From Podarcis muralis (lineage: Eukaryota): a stretch of 64,000 nt of DNA. Shown here in pieces: positions 13,401-24,880 of the stretch; the stretch's first letter is position 1; each line of letters starts with the position of its first letter. The DNA lies in the NCBI RefSeq assembly GCF_964188315.1, contig NC_135667.1:17050001-17114000 (forward strand), given 5' to 3'. A model generated the notes under the pieces. That model did no database searches. It was not told where the DNA came from and was given only the letters and a program-made list of their open reading frames with translations. The translations under genes were made by a program, and so were the position numbers.

Positions 13401-15597
13401 GCTTCACATTCATTTGCCTTCATTTTCCTCTTGATTCGGGCCTCGCGCTCCCTAAATTTTGTAAGGAGGACCATAATAAGATGTGGAAAAGCAATGGTAG
13501 AAGCCAGGGGCAGACTTTAATAATATGGTGCCCTGAGCAAGGACAAAATCCCCCGCCCCCTTCTAATATTTCTTATTTTCTCAATAATTCATTTTGGTAT
13601 GGTTACTTTTTTAATGGATGGTCTCAGTAGATACCCGTATAAATTTAGCAGCAGCAGTTGTTATGAGCCCATTCATCTTGGCGCCTTGTGATTCTCCAGC
13701 CCAGTGAACTACAGTATTTCTCCAGTGAGGACAAGCCCATCTCGTTATGGTCTAGGCCCCCCCCCCCCCGGTCAGTGGGAATCACTGCTGCCAGCTAATA
13801 TGAGGGCTGAAATAGCTCCTCTCTATGGCATTGACATCTTTCCTGATCGGGTCAGTTCACCTTTTGCTGTTCATGCCGTTCTCCCGGAAGCCCTTTGCGA
13901 AAGGGTTGCTTTCTATCTTCATCTGAGTGATCTGGGAGGGGAGGAAACAGGAAAATGTTAGGTAGGCAATTGAAAGGGTATGATTAGATGTATATGCACA
14001 TATACAGTATTTTTATGTTTTATGAGATTTGGTTTAGCGTACGAGCACAGATATATGATCAATCTTTCCACCTTTGTAATATGTTTTCAAAAATGATAGA
14101 ATACTGGCATATGCTGACAGCATATTCAAGTTTCAGAACCTAGGGCAAGACTTTTGCTTTTGCATGGGCTTCTGTAATAGAGAAGGAGACAGTCAACAAA
14201 GGCAGCTCTCCTAAACACCTCTCTTTCTACTCTTGCTGGTACTAGTACTTACCTAGATGTGAGCTGATTGCCGTGTTACTGTTTTTTCCATGTTTGGGGC
14301 TGTATATATATATACAGTGCTTTTTTTCTGGGGGTACGCATACTCCTAAACATTTTGTGAATCTAAGTTTGGCCTCACTGAGGGGCAGTATTTCAATATG
14401 AGTAGGAAAACGAGAGTACCCCTAAACATTTTTTAAGCGCGCGCGCGCTCTCTCTCTCTCTCTATATATATATATCTATATCATCTGTCTGTCTATCTGA
14501 ACTGTTCGAAGTGGGTATGCGTGCAAAATAGCTTTTAACCAATCTGGTGCTCTCCAGAAGTATTGGGCTCCAACTCCCATCAGCCCAGGCCGGCACATAA
14601 TGGGAGGAATGAGACAGAAGAACTATTTTAAGACCGGAGGAGGGATATATAGTGCAATAGCTATTGTAGACCCTGTGTGAGAGTAGAGGAATTGCACTGA
14701 ATAATAGTTTTGTTAAGGGATATTAAGGTCCAAGGAAATGGTTAAATAACAGAGAAGCTGAATTTGTGTGTGTGTGTGGGGGGGGTATATTTTAGGGCAG
14801 AAACTTACAAAGGAATATCGCAAAACATGGAAAGGCTCCCAATGAAAAGTATAGTCTCTGACTGAGTAGAGGGAAGGATATTTTGGGTGAGAGGTTTGAA
14901 GAGCTATTCAAAAGTGGAAAGAAACAGAGGAATGGAGTAATAAATAAGGACGCATAGGGGAGATACAAAATGATGAGGGCTGCACGGGCCTAAGCAGAGG
15001 TGGAAGGGCACCATTCAGCATGAGGTGAAAGGTTGTGGAGTGAAGGGATATGGCCAGGAGGAGAAAGGAGCTGAGGTGATTTAGAGGTGGAAGAATCCTG
15101 AGGAGAAGCCATTGTGTTCTGGCATCAAGAGATGTGGGTGGGCAAGTGAAGAAGGGAGGCCTCAGGCCTGAGTTTTATGGAGGTGGACAAGTAGGGGAAC
15201 AGAGCTTCATAGGAAGGCGGAGGGCGTCAACAATCCCAGATTTCATGGAGGTAAGTGAAATGTAAGGTTTGCCCCATGTCACAGAGATGGGGGAAAAAGT
15301 GTGTGGGGGGGATATACTTTTGCAGCACTATTTAAAAGGAAAAGTGTCACGTGAGGGGGCCAAGGGATATGGCCAGAGAAAAGGAAAACAGGCCATTTTA
15401 GCGATGTAGAAATGCTCAGGGAAGGGCAGCAGAGTTCCAAAATGTGCAGTGTTGGAATGGTTTTTAGTTTGCTGTGATTTTTCCTGCTGTATTGATAGTG
15501 AGTCGCATGGGATTAAATTGAAAGCGAAGTCACTTAGGACCCCTTGCGCCTGCCCCTCTGGAGATGGGGTTTGGTTGCTACTTAGAAGTGAGGGGGG

Positions 15598-15647
<50 letters not shown>

Positions 15648-18600
15648 CCCTTGTGAAAACAGAGGCATCTTCTTGCCACACTTCCACAAAATAGCGGTGG
15701 TGGTTCAGGAATATGTTGCTGATTTAATATTTGTGCCAATTCCAGAGTATCTCTAAGGAAACGAGTATTGGAAGGCTGCCGTTTCTGGAGCTTGGTGAAA
15801 AGAACGGGCACAAAAAATAATATGGAGCGGGGTGTTGGTCGCACAGAAAGCCAAACTAACTTTCTGGGGAGGGTCTCCCGTGCTATTTCTCTAAAATGAA
15901 GCTGTCTCTCACATTTGTGCTTCTATTCTAAACACATTTCCTCTGAAGTCCTTTGGAATTTGACGGAGTTGATGTTCGCCTGAGAATTCTCAGGACTGCT
16001 GCCTTATTTTAATGGCAAGGTTATGATTTGATTATCATTTGCTGATGAAAAAAAAGTGCCTTTCCTTCAGGGATAAGCAATGAGGGCGGGCAGTGGGGGG
16101 GATGGATAAATCATTTGTCCAAGGGGACACATCCCTACTTCCTGCCACCAATGGGGAAGGGCCTTTTAGAAGCAAATATTAAATTTATAACAGCGGCCTT
16201 GTTTCTCACCTGTGGGTTCTGGTAGGCCGTGACAGTCAGAAACTGGGTCTCGGGAAAGGTGAAGGAAGCGCAGCCACTGCCTGCCCCACGGCGTCCTCCG
16301 GCTCCAACCACATGTATCCTCGGCTGGTAACGGTGCATGGAGTGAACAATCAGCTGAGAAGGGGGTGCAAGAGCCAGAGGTGAGTCATATTATCTGTTTA
16401 CTTGTCCAAACAGTTTTCCCTACCATATTTCATGTTTAATGCAAAAAGATATTTTAGCTCCCGTTGTAGTCAGGGGCAGTGTAAATTCTGTGAATCTGCC
16501 CAAAGCACAGGCTTTTTTATGTGAACTTGCAGGATTCACTCGCTTGAGAATCTCTGTTTTATCGTACATTAAGAAGAAGAGCAAGATTCTAGTCCTCATG
16601 GCTACATAATGAGGCTTCAGTCCCTGGTGAAATCACATGGACTGAGTAGACTTCTAATTATCCAAATATGGGGCTTCAGGGAGCTGCAAAGTTACTTGCC
16701 CTTTCTCATGAATGATGGGAGCAAAATACCGTAAATTATGCACAGAATCATAGAATTGTAGAGTTGGAAGGGACCCCGAGGGTCATCTAGTCTGCCCCCC
16801 TGCCATTCTAGAATCTCAACTACAGCATACGTGAGAGAGAAAGCAATATATCTATGTGTGTTTAGTTTATATAATTTGCAGACAATGTAGAATTACAGAA
16901 TGCTGGAGGTGATTTTATTTTAAGCACAAATTGTACAAAACCCTGGGTAGGCCTCTTTGCTATATAACCCATAGCCATAATCCGTTATTGTTATCAATCT
17001 GAACCGCCCAATATCTGTTAGTGCCAGTCTTTTAACCCATTTTCCCTTGAGGCGCTCAGAGCATTCCCTACAGCTACATTCCTTTCCACTAAATATCCTA
17101 TGGTTCCATATAGCCTCATGCCCAAAGTGCCCTTTCCCCCTGGCCATACATGTCCATGGGGATCCAGTGTGTTGTTGGTGAGCTTGAGCCGGTGGAAGGA
17201 TACAGGTTGGCGCATCCAGTGGGCGCCTGATGCAGGCGAGTCGGGGTGGATGTAGACCCTGTCTGGCGGGGGCAGCTCAGCCTTGCCACTGGCGTCCCAC
17301 CGCTTGCCATGCCATTTGTACCGGGAGCTGCCCACCGGGACCACATCCACTAGCAGCAGGTACTTGGCTTCAGGATCCAGTCCTGTTACTGAAACTTTCA
17401 GCTGTGGAAACATCCGCCTGCAAAGTTGATTAAAAATGTGGGTTAGAATATTTTAATTGGACAGGTTGTGGGGGCGGGAGAGGTTTCATCAGTGAGACAT
17501 AACAAAGGGCGGGGGGGGGGGGGAGAATAGGACCACCACTTACTCCTGCTGCCGCCGCCACCCTCAGCAGTACAAATTGGCACAAATTATTTATTTTTTT
17601 CATTTTTGATGCTGACAAATTCAGAAAAATAAAAGAGCAGGGTGAGTGATCCTGTCATACTGGACATCTATGCACAGGGAAAAGTCAAGAAGATTAACAG
17701 TTCCTGATGATATACATCCGATCTCAGTACTAAGCTCCATACAACACAGTGGAAACTCCCTAAAATTGTTCCAGTGTGCATATATATGCCTCTGACATGA
17801 AGGTTCCATTAGTTGCAGATAGTTGTATTCTGTGTGTGTGTCTAAGTCTAAGTGTCTAATCTTTCCAAAGTCATCTCAGATCATCATCACATCATGTGGC
17901 ATTGAATCTCATGGATTAATTCTGAGAAATGTGAATAAGTTATTTCGTCTTTTGTGTGCTTTGAATGTACTGTCAATCATTTCATTTTGATGACACTTCC
18001 TCCCAGGATCTAGTATGGAACTTATAGGAGGGATGAAGGAAATAGAGAGCTATGTTTATCAGCCTCTACTCTTCCTTGATTCTGAGTTTCTTGAGCAGTA
18101 ATTTCTAAGGAGAAAGGAGATATGCACTGGCTCTGATTACTCAGGACTGGGGAAGATGCAATCTGCATTGGTTCAGAAGCATTGGTTTTGCATGTGGCTG
18201 GGGAATCTCTAGCACTGGGACAGGGTTCTGGAGCTCACGGTCCACTTTTTTCTCTTTTACCTCCTGCTTGGCATCTCACCTGCCTGCCTTGGTGATGATC
18301 ATCTCTGTACCAATCCCACTGAAACGCTTCCAAAGTTCTCCATTCTCCAGGCTCATCCGTACTCCCGGGGGTAGGCGTGTAGTTGGTGGGGGGCCGGATG
18401 GCAGAGGCTGGCCTGACCCATAAGGGAGGCCAGGAGCAGAGGGCAGGAGGCGCCCTGGGGGTTCCAACGCAGGGAAGAAGCTATCCAGCTTAGGGGCAGC
18501 ATCAAGGTCTGACGGCAGGGAAGAGAAGAGAAGGGAACAAGTCAGAAAAGAGGGCTGATGGAGCTGAGGGATATTGGTTGAGCTGGGGGGGGGGGCGGGA

Positions 18601-19640
18601 AAGACAGGGGCTTGCAGGCAAGACTGAGGGGCTTCATCCCAGGAATTTGTCACCCTCCTGCTGGTTTCCGCCTGTTTGCTCCCCCCTCTCATCTCTCCCG
18701 ACCAGTTGGTCTTGGGTGCTAAAAGTCCAGCTGATGTGGGGAGCAGGAAGCAAGCAATGGAATTTATGTGAATTTTGCATTTCTTCTGTCCCAGCCTGCC
18801 CTCCCACTGGCCTGTTAAACCCACAACTGCTTTCTTCTTTTCTGGGTACCGCTGAGTCCTACTCATGCCCCTCCTTTGGGTGCCTGCTGTCAGCCTTCCT
18901 CTTGTCCCCCCCCCCTTCAGATTCTAAGTCCTACATTTCTCCCAGAGCAAAAAGCAACTCTGGCCTCCAAATCCCTTTGCCCATCCAACCATCTCTGAGA
19001 ATTCAGCAGTCTTGGTTCCCACCCAGTCCCCATTCTGTTCTATCACACTTCTCTCCTGCCATGCACAGAAGTCCTGGATCGCAGACTTCCCCCTCCCCTT
19101 TCTCTAAACCACTCTCCCTCCCAAAGAACCTGGAAGTCCTCCTTATTATAGTTCCATCTGCTCTAATCTCTTAACACATTGCAACTCCAGCCCACCCCCA
19201 TTCTAAAGAATCCCACAAACTGTGGCTCTCATATGTTTCTGTTCTTTTATCCCACCCTTCTTCCAAGGAGTCTAGGGAAGCACACATGGTCTTCTTCCTC
19301 AACAACCATGTAAGGTAGCTTATATTAGAATGAGAAATGGTGACTGGCCCAGCATCAGCCAGCGGCTGAAATGAGGATGCACTTCAGCTCAGTCAACATT
19401 TTTGGCACGTGATTGCTCCTCTACTCACCCTTGTTATCATATTTTGGCTTTTCATTTCCCTCCCCCTCCCCCTCTCCCACCACCACCTTCCCCACCACCA
19501 TATCCCAATTTCTCACCTGGATATCTGAAGGCTTCATATTGAGGTGCCTGACCCTGGGGATACCCAGCCCCGGGAGGTGGGGGAGGTCGCAGAGGATAGG
19601 AGCCCCCATACTGTGAGAACATCTCTGTGGGGTGATACAT
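10406..19640 (-). CDS. TBX6: T-box transcription factor TBX6, 448 aa
   Basis: Exons (minus) 19640-19517, 18508-18280, 17417-17150, 16353-16210, 13931-13861, 13451-13384, 12714-12522, 10655-10406 (1347 nt, phases consistent). Starts MYHPTEMF. T-box ...[29 protein letters not shown]...[28 protein letters not shown]...[29 protein letters not shown]6-type motifs GPCDSTL and [12 protein letters not shown]. Position between PPP4C and YPEL3. Confidence 0.96.
11675..11900 (+). mobile_element. Tigger/pogo-like MITE (226 bp) in TBX6 intron
   Basis: TA|CAGTGGTACCTCAGGTTA ... TAACTTGAGGTACCACTG|TA, with TIRs and TA duplication. Same family at 36632 and 52502. Confidence 0.85.
11965..12089 (-). mobile_element. 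tRNA-derived SINE with CR1 tail (Squam3-like)
   Basis: Minus strand reads AGTCAGTAGAGCACAAGACTCTTATTCTCAGGGTTGTGGGTTTCAGCCCC (tRNA-Lys-like head) then CCCTTCCAACTCAACACTTCTATGATTCTATG (CR1 tail). Confidence 0.65.
14437..14495. repeat. Compound microsatellite (GC)n(CT)n(AT)n
   Basis: GCGCGCGCGCGC TCTCTCTCTCTC TATATATATATA read directly, next to a truncated CAGTGCTTTTTTT DNA-transposon end starting at 14315. Confidence 0.85.
15603..15643. repeat. (TG)20 microsatellite in TBX6 intron
   Basis: Perfect TG run. Confidence 0.95.
16741..16830 (-). mobile_element. CR1 3' end fragment
   Basis: CAGAATCATAGAATTGTAGAGTTGGAAGGGACCCCGAGGGTCATCTAGTC is the reverse complement of the CR1 terminus. Confidence 0.7.
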
Positions 19641-19978
19641 GGGGTGCTGCAGGAAGCCTTGGAGCCAGGACTTGTGGGTTCTCTGGGAAAGGAGTGAGGA
19701 CCTCGTGGGTTAGGACAGGTGAGACTGGAAGCCAGGGCTCCTGCTTTCTCTGGGGAGGAAGGAAGGTCTAGAGGGTTAGAGGGATGGTGCAAGTCGTAAG
19801 GGGACCTCTGGGGGAGTGGGGTGCAGAGTAGGAGCCTGGAAGGAAGGGAGGCTATTCGGCTAGAGCAGGGTTGAGGGGCTGGGAGCCAGCTTTCCCCGGT
19901 TCTGTCTCTGGAGGCAAGTCTGGGATGCATCCACCCTGCAGATCCTCTCTTTCCCTGAGGAGCCCCTGGCTGGGGCTG

Positions 19979-20137
19979 TATTTATGATTCTGCTAAGACC
20001 CTTTGAAGTGAGACCCCAAATGGCACATTCACACCTCAAGAGGGGAGGGGTTTGGGGCTTAAGGCAGGGGAACAAGGGAGAGAAGTAGCAGGGACATATA
20101 TATTCTCTGTCGCAGGGCGTCCCATCCTTACACACCT
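19979..20137 (-). promoter_or_regulatory. Candidate TBX6 proximal promoter (TATA-like, TCF/LEF, T-box half-sites)
   Basis: ATAAATA on minus (19979-19985), CCTTTGAAG 20000-20008, TCACACCT 20029-20036, ACACACCT 20130-20137, all 340-500 bp upstream of the ATG. Confidence 0.5.
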
Positions 20138-20756
20138 CCTAGCTATTTCTGTCAACATTGCTCTATTTTATCCCACTTCCTCCTTCCCTGCTATTTCATC
20201 TCTGGCCTGTGTGCTGTCATGCAAGTTGTGTGCAGAATCCACTCCCCCCTCCCCATTCCTGTCCAATCCCCTCTTCATCTCTTCTGTCCCAATTTAAGCC
20301 CCCCCCCCCATGGCCAGTCCCACCTCAGACTTCATTAAGAACAGTCAGCTGAGTCCCTTTCTGAGCCCACCACTTGATTTCTCCTAATTGCCTAATTAAC
20401 ACCCTTGCTCCAAAGTTTCCTGATTGATCCTGACCTATGGGATCCTTGGTTTACAAGTGGGTGAGGGAGGAGGTGCCATGGTCATTTGTCATCCAGATGT
20501 TTTCACAGCTGGACAGGACAGCTGCAAAGGGACTGTCAGATCCTTGGGAGTGCAGAGTAGGTCCTCGAGCGAGTTTATATCCACAGTTGGAGAGCCAGGA
20601 TACCTTGGTTCTCTGGAAGCTCATTGTGGTACAATATTTTCTAAACTGTTAATTTAATTGGTCGTGGAAACTAGAATGTGATTGCACACTATAATGGTGC
20701 AAGTGGAACAGACAGAGGAGTAATTAAGTATTGTGATGTCTCAGGATGTATTATGC

Positions 20757-21006
20757 CAGGCATGTCCAAAGTCTGTTTCAGGGGCCTAATCCGGCCCACC
20801 GGTCGATTTAATCCAGCCCCTGTGGCAGTTTATCTCCTGGGGTAAAATCCTAAAAAAACCCAACAACTTCAATCCTAAAAAAACCTCAACAGCTTTGGGG
20901 TAAAATCATAAAAAGGTCAACAACTTTGGTCGGTCCTTTGGTTGGCCCTCAAGGCCCTTCACTTCATCAAATCTGGCCCTCTTTGAAAAAAGTTTGGACA
21001 CCACTG
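20757..21006. mobile_element. hAT (Charlie-like) MITE
   Basis: CAGGCATGTCCAAA ... TTTGGACACCACTG TIRs, flanked on both sides by ATTATGC. Confidence 0.75.
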
Positions 21007-21149
21007 ATTATGCTATTGATGGTAAGACGTATGCACAGCGCTATTCAACAAAAGAGGAGTGTCTGTAATCAACAAGAATGTTCTTTAACAAATCAAAGGT
21101 CAAAATTCTGTATCTGTTTGCTTTTATGTGTTTTTGTTCTGTCCTTCCA

Positions 21150-21338
21150 CTAAGGAACTCAGGGCAGTGAATAGGGTTGTTTCCCCATGTTTTCTTCAGA
21201 AGAGCCCTGTGAGGTTGGTCAGACCGAGAGGTAATGACTGGCCAAAGGCCACCCAGTGAGCTTCATGACTGAGTTGGGGTTTGAACCTGCATCTCCCCAG
21301 CTCTAATGTGACATTCTAGCCCCCACTGTGCCACACCA
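21150..21338 (-). mobile_element. MIR-like/L2-tailed SINE
   Basis: CCCTGTGAGGTTGGTCAGACCGAGAGGTAATGACTGGCCAAAGGCCACCCAGTGAGCTTCATGACTGAGTTGGGGTTTGAACC. A related copy lies on plus at about 36345-36525. Confidence 0.6.
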
Positions 21339-21577
21339 CATCTCCAATTATGCTCCCAGAAATTATGCCATGATAAAAGGGCAGGGAGCTAGCTAAGTCA
21401 CAGAAATCCTTCTCCTGATTGCTGGAAGTTATTTGGCTTTGCTGCTGACTTTGTAGATTTCGCTGGAAATTATCTCTGTGTTTATGTCTCTGTGGTTCTA
21501 AGGGCAGGACACTAGAATTCTTAAAATTTAAGGTGCTGAATTCTGCACCCATATATATATAAATTTATATACCACCC

Positions 21578-22424
21578 TTTATTTAAAGATCCCAGGGCTG
21601 TATACAACTTTAAGAACATAATTTATGCAACATAATAATAAAAACATAATACACAGCGTAATAATAACATAATCATAACAACAGTCGCCCCCACATTTAA
21701 CAAGCCATAGGTTATTTAACGGTCGAAGGCCTGGGTAAAGAGGAATTCTTTTGCCTGGTGCCTAAAGACACGTAATGATGGCGCCAGATGAACCTTTCTG
21801 GAGACAGCATTCCACAAATGGGGAGCCACCACCGAAAAGGCCCTTTCTCATGTTGCCACCCCCCCAACCTCTTGGGGAGGGAGGACATAAAGAAGGGGCT
21901 CAGGTGACAAGTGCAGGGTCTGGGTTGGTTTGTATGGGTAGAGGCCGCCCTAAAGGTACTGGGGTCCTGAGCTGTGCAAGGCTTTATAGGTCAGCACCAG
22001 CACTTTGTATTGGGCCTGGGAACTAATTGGCAGCCAGCGCAGTCAGGTCAGGATCAGCGTTAATGTGCTCAAACTGTTTTGTTCTTTAGCAAGACTGACG
22101 GGGGAAATCCGACACCAGAGTGACCAAGCTTTCCAGAGAGAGTGGAGTAAATTTATTCAATATATAGACAGTTATTGTAAACATGTAAAGACACTAGCAG
22201 GACTGAGATAAATCATGCAGTGTTTATTGGAAGAAATTTTCTATTTTGTGCATTAAGTTTAGGATAAGTTAGAATAAATGTAGAATTGAGATGGTATGAA
22301 TGTGTGAATTTAAGATGTGCTTTATAAAAACCAGATGACGGAATGGAGGGAAGTCAAGTGGCTTGGTGGAGCCAAAAACGTATAAATGGAGATATGACGT
22401 TATAATATTGTTAAAAATGGAAAG

Positions 22425-22462
<38 letters not shown>

Positions 22463-22620
22463 CAAACTGTTTTGTTCTGGTGAGCAACCTGGCTGTTGAA
22501 TTTTGCACCAGCTGAAGTTTCCAAACCGTCTTCAGAGGCAGCCCCACGTATAATGCAGTGCAGTAATCCAGTTTGGAGATTACTGGAGCGTAGGCCACAG
22601 AGGTTAGGCTATCCTTGTTC
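21578..22620 (-). mobile_element. L2 LINE 3' portion, interrupted by an L1 fragment
   Basis: Minus translation SKLDYCTALYVGLPLKTVWKLQLVQNSTARLLT (L2 RT C-terminal region) at about 22470-22600, continuing below 22085 through an L2-type 3' end. Confidence 0.75.
22086..22461 (+). mobile_element. L1/Tx1-clade 3' fragment with (GT)n tail inserted into the L2
   Basis: Encodes ...QAFQREWSKFIQYIDSYCKHVKTLAGLR*, similar to the ORF2 end at 48600-48680. TSD TCAAACTGTTTT(T)GTTCT at 22069-22085 and 22462-22479. (GT)n at 22426-22460. Confidence 0.7.
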
Positions 22621-23270
22621 AGAAGGCATTCCATGCCACCTCTGCACAGGGATGTGCCCTACACCTTCTGCTGTAGAGACAGATGCAACATGCTCATTCA
22701 GCTTCTCTGCAAACTCATTTCCCTCATTTAGCACACCTTTGACTCCCTTGTTGTCTGAAGGTCCAAATGCCTCCTTGCCAAGTTGCCTGCTTCTGATGCG
22801 TTTCAATACCATTTTTAGCCGTTGTTTTTAGTAATGTGCTCCTCGGTTTCTTTTTTTTGCATCCATCATTGTCTGCTTGCTTCTTTTCTTTTTTTTGGCC
22901 AGAGTTTTGTGTTCCCTTTTGTTCTCATTTGGACAAGACTTCCATTTTCTGAAGGAAGACCTCTTACTGCAATAGCTTCCTTGACTCTTCTCATGAACTG
23001 TGCTGGTGTCCTCTTGGCCCTTGTGGTACTTTTCCTGACCTGTGTGGTACACACTGTAGCCGAACGTCTCTTGCAGTTTTGAACAAACGTCAAGCGTTCT
23101 GGAGAGATTTAAACCCCTTAACTTCCTTCCTACCATTCCCCTAATTTCTGGAGACGTTTCCTCTTTTGACGTGAAACATGACTCTGTTGGACTTTCCTGG
23201 CTGTTCACTTAAATATAAGTCACGTTTGATAGCATTATCCCTGCCATTTCCAGTTACTTCATAAATAAAT

Positions 23271-23561
23271 AGCTGGATAGCTCAGTTGGTTAGAGCATGG
23301 TGCTGATAATGCCAAGGTTGCAGGTTCAAGCCCCGTAAGGCACAGCTGCATTTTCCTGCATTTGCAGGGGGTTGGATTCAGCGGTTCTCAACCTGTGGGT
23401 GCCCAGATGTTGTTGGACTACAACTCCCATCATCCCTGAGCTCTGGCCTTGCTAGCTAGGGGTGATGGGAGTTGTAGTTCAACAACATCTGGGGACCCAC
23501 AGGTTGAGAAAGGCTGGATTAGATGATCCTCAGGGTCGCTTCCAACTCTGCGATTCTATAA
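23271..23561 (+). mobile_element. tRNA-Ile-derived SINE with CR1 tail (Squam3-like), split by a MITE
   Basis: Head AGCTGGATAGCTCAGTTGGTTAGAGCATGGTGCTGATAATGCCAAGGTTGCAGGTTCAAGCCCC (A and B boxes). Tail TAGATGATCCTCAGGGTCGCTTCCAACTCTGCGATTCTAT. Confidence 0.75.
23379..23516. mobile_element. Palindromic hAT-type MITE nested in the SINE
   Basis: CAGCGGTTCTCAACCTGTGGG ... CCCACAGGTTGAGAAAGGCTG TIRs and internal ACTACAACTCCCATCA / TGATGGGAGTTGTAGT arms. Confidence 0.85.
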
Positions 23562-24015
23562 TCTTGCACTAGGACCTACACTTCATGGCCCACGTAAGAT
23601 GAAGGCCAGGGTTGCTGCGTCTTTGGTCAGTTCCATGACCAGCTGTTCTAGGGCATAGCCATTGTGTGCATTTGTTTTTACTGAAACACGTGTGCACTTG
23701 AAACCACATGAACGTATAAATAACACAGAGGGGCCCAAAGTGGTGTTGGTGTTGTTGTTGTTTTTAAAATTACTTTCTTAACAACCCTGCTTTAAGAATA
23801 ACTTGCTTGGTATGCCACTGTGTGAGCTTTCGAGTTCTGCCAAGAGATATTGGGGTAGATGCAAAGCACCATGCCCCAGCTTTTTCTAATGGGCAGCAAC
23901 AGGGCACTACTGTAATGATGCCAATACTGTGTGTGGGATTTGAGCGCCCTCTTCTGCTGCTTTAAGGAAATGCCCAATGAAAATAGAGAATTTGCATCCT
24001 CTACCTGCCTAAGCA

Positions 24016-24360
24016 TAGGGGTGCGGGTGGCGCTGTGGGTTAAACCACTGAGCCTAGGACTTGCCAATCAGAAGGTCAGCGGTTCAAATCCCTGCGACGG
24101 GGTGAGCTCCCGTTGCTCGGTCCCTGCTCCTACCAACCTAGCAAGTCAAAGTGCAAGTAGATAATTAGGTACCGCTCCGGCGGGAAGGTAAACGGCGTTT
24201 CCGTGCGCTGCTCTGGTTTGCCAGAAGTGGCTTAATCATGCTGGCCACATGACCCAGAAGCTGTACGCCGGCTCCCTCAGCCAATAAAGCGAGATGAGCG
24301 CCGCAACCCGAGTCGGTCACAACTGGACCTAATGGTCAGGGGTCCCTTTACCTTTACCTT
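24016..24360 (+). mobile_element. Sauria SINE, full length (subfamily A)
   Basis: tRNA-like head GGGTGGCGCTGTGGGTTAAACC, (ACCTTT)n tail, 14-bp TSD TACCTGCCTAAGCA at 24002-24015 and 24361-24374. Confidence 0.9.
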
Positions 24361-24490
24361 TACCTGCCTAAGCAACCTTCCCTCTCGCTGAATCCCCTTG
24401 CCTTGTTGCCCGCTGCCTTTGGCATTCTTGGAGGGTGGGGGTTAAAGGCATGGAGGAATGAGATTGGCTGTGCCCCTTCTTGTGCCCCTT

Positions 24491-24880
24491 TATATTAAGC
24501 GAATGTTAATACACATCACTTGGGAAGACAGGCGAACTAATATCAGTGTACTGGTTGAAGGAAAGATCACCAGTGTTGAAGCAATGATTCTTCAACATCA
24601 ACTTTGTTGGACTGGTCATATTGTGCGGATTCCTGATGATCGTCTTCCAAAGCAATTACTCTATTCCGAACTTAAAAATGGAAAGCGTAATGCTGGTGGT
24701 CAACAAAAGAGGTTTAAAGACTGTCTCAAGGCAAATCTCAAAAAAGTAGTATAAACACTGACAACTGGGAAACACTGGCCTGCGAGTGCTCCAGTTGGAG
24801 AACAGCCTTTACCAAAGGTGTCATGGACTTTGAAGACACTCAAACTCAGAACACAAGGGAGAAACATGCTAAGAGGAAAA
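24491..24880 (+). mobile_element. RTE-clade LINE ORF 3' fragment (not BovB)
   Basis: Translates to HITWEDRRTNISVL...LQHQLCWTGHIVRIPDDRLPKQLLYSELKNGKRNAGGQQKRFKDCLKANLKK, the typical RTE post-RT region. Confidence 0.8.

Noticed and set aside
15043-15376. 15-bp direct repeat AAGGGATATGGCCAG 319 bp apart in a TBX6 intron
   Set aside because: It could be a TSD, but the enclosed purine-rich sequence has no tail, TIR or recognisable family.
18578-19174. 198-aa plus-strand ORF
   Set aside because: It lies antisense within TBX6 intron 1, is Ser/Pro-rich because of a pyrimidine-rich tract, and has no splice or homology support.
23271-23345. Apparent tRNA-Ile gene
   Set aside because: The stems are mutated, there is no oligo-T terminator, and it continues into a CR1-type tail, so it is a SINE head.
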